DNA of 55,183 nucleotides from Catajapyx aquilonaris (Eukaryota): NCBI GenBank assembly GCA_000934665.2, contig JYFJ02002535.1, positions 1 to 55,183 of the forward strand, read 5' to 3'. Shown piece by piece: positions 49,435 to 55,183 of this stretch (position 1 is its first letter; each line of letters starts with the position of its first letter). The notes under the pieces were generated by a model. It saw only the letters and a program-made list of their open reading frames with translations, ran no database searches and was not told where the DNA came from. The position numbers and the translations under genes were made by a program.

Positions 49435-50505
49435 ATGGACTCTGCTGGGAGCCAGATGGAGAGCCAGCCGAGGGTGAGCGAGCAAGGGAGCCAATTGGCG
49501 ACGAGCAGTCATACAGTCCATCCTAAAAGCAAAGGCTCAGGTAAAAAGTCCTTCAATATATCCAATGACTAGAACGATCATTCACTTCAAAATAAAGTAA
49601 GATATCAGACAGTTTGTTCAACACTTAGAGAACAGTACTGCTGCTGGCTTCAAAACAATATTATGAGCAATCTAACAATAAGACGACTTGATCGCAGGCC
49701 ACAGGCGGAAGCAGTCTCGCGCCTCATTCAAAGGTTTGAGCGCTTACACTGGAACCCCTGAGACACTGGCCAGAGTGACAGAGGCCTTCCAGACCTTTGA
49801 CACGGAGCAAAGCAACTTCGTCAACATCAGGGCGGTTGGCCCCATTGTCCGAAGTCTGGGTCAGTCAATTGTCATTCATGCACAAGTCATGTTGACTTCT
49901 CCTCAGCTGATTCATTGGGTCTGTTGCAGGATTGTGTCCCACAGAATTTGAGCTGAGTGAGATAGTGCGGGACGTAGAGGACGGCGAGGTCAAGGGTCGG
50001 ACAGCACAAGATCGGTTTACGCCAATAGTGGCCCAGCTTGTCCACGATAACAGGTCAGTTGCATGGGGCTTGGACACAAACAATAAAAATCAATCAATCA
50101 ATTTTTTAAGAACATGCTCTATATTTTCAAATTGGTATAATTTGTAAATCTGGATTCGCCATACTCGACTTTGAAAACCATGTGATCGGTGGTTTTTAAA
50201 TGGCTTTTATACGCTTTACATACACACCTATATCATGTTGTAAGAGTGGAAATGCTCGCAGGTACCCGCAATGCACCGCCGAGAACTTGCTGGCGGCCAT
50301 GAAGGTTCTTGACATTGAAAATAAGGGTTACCTGACCCGTGAAGAAATGACTGCCTATCTTACCACAAGGGGGGAGCCCTTCTCAGAGGAAGAGGTACTT
50401 GACGCCTTGAAGATGATGGACCGCAAGAACACTGGAAATATAGACTACTTCGATTATGTATCAGATATGTCTCATGACATTGAGAAAAACATGCCCGCCA
50501 AGTAA
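49435..50505 (+). CDS. EFCAB2: EFCAB2/DRC8-like EF-hand protein, copy B; exons 49435-49540, 49698-49859, 49930-50053, 50262-50505
   Basis: Same four-exon structure and phases as copy A; AFQTFDTEQSNFVNIRAVGPIVRSLGLCPTE, VLDIENKGYLTREE, GEPFSEEE. Confidence 0.8.
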
Positions 50506-50992
50506 CGTATGGTATAGATGACAACACAGAACTTGGCTGCCTTTAGCAGCAGTTCTGAAATCCCAGGAAAGGAAATATGGGACTTGCCCTTCAATAAACG
50601 GATATTTTTTTTTCGGAATGTGACAGAATTTTATTAGTGATATAATGACACATATTTTGCTTTCAGGACAGTAGTAGACCGGAAGAGTCGATGGAGTTTC
50701 ATAAAAGTATTGAATTCAGTTTCATCGAAATGAGGTCATGTCACTTTTCTTTACATTTAATTATCTGCATAGAATGGACAGTCTTTCGTTTATTGGCACT
50801 TCACAGAGGTAAAACTTTAGGCAAAACTATACATTACGAAAACTTGTAAGATACCGATCCTGACAACAGTGCGTCGTAGTGTTGGAAACAAGTTTTGATT
50901 ATTGAGCCGTAAGTTTGATGTCGGTTGGTTCGGAATAATTCTGGCACTTAATTTTAATCCTAAGAAAGTCCTTAATTACACGAAGATTAAAG

Positions 50993-51980
50993 ATGGACTC
51001 TGCTGGGAGCCGGATGGGGAGCCAGCCGAGGGTGAGCGGGCAAGGGAGCCAATTGGCGAAGAGCAGTCAAGCAGTCCAGCCTAAAAGCAAAGGCTCAGGT
51101 AAAAAGTCCTTCAATATATCCAATGACTTGAACGATCATTCACTTCAAAATAAAGTATTAGCAGTTTGTTCAACACTGCAGAACAGTACTGCTGGCTTCA
51201 AAACAATATCATTAGCAATCTAACAATAAGACGACTTGATCGCAGGCCACAGGCGGAAGCAGTCTCGCGCCTCATTGGGACATTTGAGCGCTTACACTGG
51301 AACCCCTGAGACACTGGCCAGAGTGACAGAGGCCTTCCAGACCTTTGACACGGAGCAAAGCAACTTCGTCAACATCAGGGAGGTTGGCCCCATTGTCCGA
51401 AGTCTGGGTCAGTCAATTGTCATTCATGCACAAGTCATGTTGACTTCTCCTCAGCTGATTCATTGGGTCTGTTGCAGGATTGTGTCCCACTGAATATGAG
51501 CTTAAGGAGATAGTGCGGGACGTACAGGACGGCGAGGTCAAGAGTCGAACACCTCAAGATCGGTTTACGCCAATAGTGGCCCAGCTTGTCCACGATAACA
51601 GGTCAGTTGCATGGGGCTTGGACACAAACAGAAAAATGAAAAGGGGTCAAATCTGGGTTGGTCATACTCGATAGGCCATTTTAAAACGACCTTTACATTA
51701 CCCTACATCATGTTGTAAGAGTGGAAATGCTCGTAGGTACCCGCAATGCACCGCTGATGTCTTGCTGGAGGCCATGCAGGCTCTAGACATGGACAATAAG
51801 GGCTATCTGACCTGTGATGAAGTGACTTACTTTCTGACCGCAGAGGGAGAGCCCTTCTCAGAGGAAGAGCTATTTGACGCCTTGAAGATGATGGACCGCA
51901 AGAACACTGGAATTATCGACTACTTAGATTATGTATCAGAAATGTCTTATGACATGGAGAAAGACCTGCACGCCAAGTAA
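50993..51980 (+). CDS. EFCAB2: EFCAB2/DRC8-like EF-hand protein, copy C; exons 50993-51098, 51246-51407, 51478-51601, 51737-51980
   Basis: Tandem duplicate of copy B (about 1.56 kb offset) with near-identical introns 1-2 and upstream sequence; intact frame. Confidence 0.8.
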
Positions 51981-52372
51981 CGTAGGGTATAGATGGCTAC
52001 ACAGATCTTGGCTGCCTTTAGCAGCAGTTCTGAAATCCCAGGAGAGGAAATATGGGACAAACCAACTGTTTTTTTTTTGTTTTTTTTTTAAATAAATAAT
52101 TTATTGCAGAATAATTTTATTAGTGATAATGACACTTATTTTTGGTTTCAGGCCAATTGACTAGTGGAGTTGCAATATAGTATTGAAATCAGCAGTTTCA
52201 CCGAAATGATGTTATGCCAGTTTTCTTTACATTTAATTATCTGCATAGAATGGACAGTCTTTCGTTTATTTTTCACCTTTACAAAATGCATGGTAATCGC
52301 AAATAATTATTTTATCTTCATCCTCCAAAATTCTCAACCACTGGATGCTGCATAATTACACTACCGGTAGGC

Positions 52373-53755
52373 CTATACACTTTCTGCTCCTTTGAACTGA
52401 GCCAGTATGACCAAGAATGTAATGCACGAAGTTGCCATCTGGAAATATGAACATTTGAAAATAATTGTGGTCTCTCACGTAGGTTATTATGATTAATATT
52501 ATCTCACAGTGACGATGATGCCGCTTCTCACGTTGAAAAACCAAGCTGAAATGTGTACATCTGGACCTGTCATCTTGGCAACCAAATACTGAAACTGCAA
52601 TGCACTTCGCCAATCCAGGCATGACGTGTCGATGCCCCTGACGTCATGGAGGGCACTGGAAGCCTGAAATTAGGTCAATATTAGTGACTCAACAATATTG
52701 GAAACTTCACATCGGTTTTGCCGGATGATTTCAACTTCTGCAGAAAGATGTGTCCGCGGGTATACAAACGCGATTTTGTCCTCACCTCACGCGGCAGCCG
52801 CTCCAAAATGCAGGTGACTGTAAATACGACGGTAACTCTAGGAATAAACCCGGTAAACATAGCAATCATCACATGATCATAGTAACCAAGTAGTATTTTG
52901 CCAGCTCTCATCACTAGGTCGACCAGGAAGAAGCAATAAGCAGCAGCAACAGCCAGGCCGTAGCAATGGCTCAGTTTATCGGCCAGATCGCTCAGAGCGT
53001 CTAAGGCGCCGCTCAGATGCGTCAGACGCGTCGGGAACGCTTTCAAAGCTGGTTGTTGGTCGGATGATCCTATAGCTGGTCGGAAACTCGACGCAACTGT
53101 ACGTATTTGGGAGTTGACCAGTTCAAATCGGGCTCGAATGGACTCGGAGAAGAACACCACCTAATATTGGTGGTAATTACGCAATTAAAAATTATAAATT
53201 ATAAATGTAAGTACTCTCCATAATCACTCCCACCTGCATTAGCAGGATGAAAGGTGTCTGTCGCAGCAGTTGGTACGACGGCTCGTTGACGTAATGCATC
53301 CATGTTGGCAGCTCCTTGTCGTAGTAGTATGCCGACCAGGCCACAGTTGTTACACCGAAGTACACAACAGATGCGATTGTTCCAATCCATGTGAAGACCA
53401 TCGCCTTCCTGTTAATCCTATCAGTTCCGGGAACCAGCTGATCGAAATTGTGAAACTTGAGAATAATTTTGCTGACATGTTCGCACCGAGTGGCCAATGT
53501 CAAATAAATCGAAATACAAGCCGTGTTCATATTCAGGACGTGGAGCAAGTTGAGGACGTTGCTCACACTTTCAAACGACCAGGACGTTTCGGTGCACATG
53601 AACCAGAGGAAGTCAGCCAATGCGAGGGCTGTCGGACACGCCAGAAACAGGTACCACTTCTTGGAGTATTCATGTCTACCAGTTCCGATCAGGAAAAACA
53701 GCCCGTAAATCCTGGACATTGCTGCAAGTGGCTTAAACGCAATGTATATATCCAT
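52373..53755 (-). CDS. Gustatory receptor GR-B3 (intact); exons 53755-53234, 53160-52786, 52663-52508, 52438-52373
   Basis: MDIYIAFKPLAAMSRIYGLF, extra phase-0 intron in LLMQ|VVFFSESIRARF, ISAWFFNVRSG, CITFLVILAQF. Confidence 0.85.
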
Positions 53756-54172
53756 TGCTGACATCCAGAAATTGTGGAAAAGTCTGATCAACTGGCCAGT
53801 CTGGACTGATTCGAAGGACAAACTGCGTCTCGCTCAATGCTATTTGCTCGGTATTGACTTCATTACTTGATGGCCGCACAAAACAAACCACACCTCTTAT
53901 ATTGTCAATAAGATAACCTTTTTTCAGTGCAATTTGTATGAATATTTTCGTAAAAAGCTGCTCGTTTGTACAGTCATTTTGTTGTGTCATTCTCATGCAC
54001 TAATATAATACCGTAATTAATAACAATAGAAAACAAGCTTCTAAAATTTGCCTTGGAAAAAGCAGTTGGAGTTTGAATGAGCAAATCAGTAAAGTGTTTA
54101 CTTGTGAAGTTTTTCAACGGTGAGTATTAGGCCTACTTAGTCCTGGTACAACAGGACAGCTAGGCTCCTTAC

Positions 54173-55066
54173 CTCTTGTGGCAGCCGCTCCATAATGCAA
54201 GTGGCGATGAGGATGGTGACCAATCGTGGAGTAAGGTAGATAAGTCTTGGAATCATGGCCTGTTCGTCATAGTCCAAAATAATCCTGGAAGACGCCAGGA
54301 TCACTCCAAGCAGGAGATGCAGGTATGTCACTGCCACGGCCATGCAGTAATGCTTGTTGACGGATTCCACCAGAGAGCATAGTTCATCATAGGCACCGGT
54401 CAAGTGGTACAACTGGACAGGGATTTTAGCATGGGATTTGAATGGGCCAAGAGAGTGGATTCCTCTACGGTAATTGGTCAGGTCTTGACGAATTGATTGG
54501 TTCACCAGCTTGAATCTGGCTCGAATGGATTCGGAGAAGAAGAGCACTTGCAACAACAGGACAAAGAAAATGTTGGTCACCATGCGAAAACTCAAGGTGG
54601 TGAGTATGAGAGTCGCAATGTTGCCATCGCGACCCTCCCTGGACACGGATATCACATCAAGCCCGAAGCCAACTGAGAAGAAGATTGACCAAGCCAGGGT
54701 GATCCACTTTGCTCTTTTGTTGATCTTGTCGGTTCCTGGCACCATTTGGTCGAATTTGTCCAGCTGCGTAAAGACGTTGCAGATTTCAAGTCGCTGTGCA
54801 GCCAAAACAGAATATATGACTATACCCAACTCCCAGTTAAGAAGGCTTAATGTTGCAACAGCGTCTGTTACGTCTGCGAATGACATTTTGGTCATATCTG
54901 TTTCCAAGTGGAACCAGGCAACGTTTTGCACAGTAAATACAACAGGAGCAATGATGAATGACATTACTCTTGTTGAATACTCTCCTTGTCGAGATCTGAC
55001 TACAAAGAATATTCCGAAAATCCTGGACAGGATGGCGAAAGGTTTGAAAGAGTCGTATGCTCCCAT
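54173..55066 (-). CDS. Gustatory receptor GR-B4 long first exon only (probably spliced to GR-B3 C-terminal exons)
   Basis: Open frame MGAYDSFKPFAILSRIFGIF...IMERLPQE ending at a phase-0 GAG|GTAAGG donor; no ASSAL or AQF exons between 54172 and the GR-B3 start. Confidence 0.8.
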
Positions 55067-55183
55067 GGCTCTTTTCCAACTGGCCACTGGGTCGATGTGT
55101 AGCATCCCGGGTAATACGGCGAAACTGCGACCGCGACTGGTCAGAACGGTTATTTATAGCCGTTATATAAGCCGCTAAATTGG

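Overview
Eukaryotic DNA from a compact arthropod-like genome (many 50-70 nt GT-AG introns; gustatory receptors ending in the TYhhhhhQF motif). Left to right: (1) two paralogous two-exon genes for small secreted peptides with a Cx3C-x15-Cx3C core, missed by the ORF track, with a Helitron-like insertion just after the first one's stop; (2) a 13-exon DENND5/Rab6IP1 gene; (3) a secreted single-WAP-domain gene; (4) two tandem N4BP2-like P-loop kinase genes with PPxY/Gln-rich tails, one lacking the predicted catalytic Asp; (5) Suv4-20 (KMT5B/C), whose long introns hold many imperfect hairpins biased toward G-U pairs on the sense strand; (6) a small two-TM ORF; (7) a dynamic 21 kb cluster of eight gustatory receptor units (three disrupted, one apparently sharing C-terminal exons by alternative splicing) and three EFCAB2/DRC8-like copies arranged as an inverted duplication with a gene-conversion tract, plus a tRNA-derived SINE with a 14-bp TSD and several MITE-like repeats. 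Exon models were read by hand from splice signals and phase; family names come from recognised motifs, not database searches.
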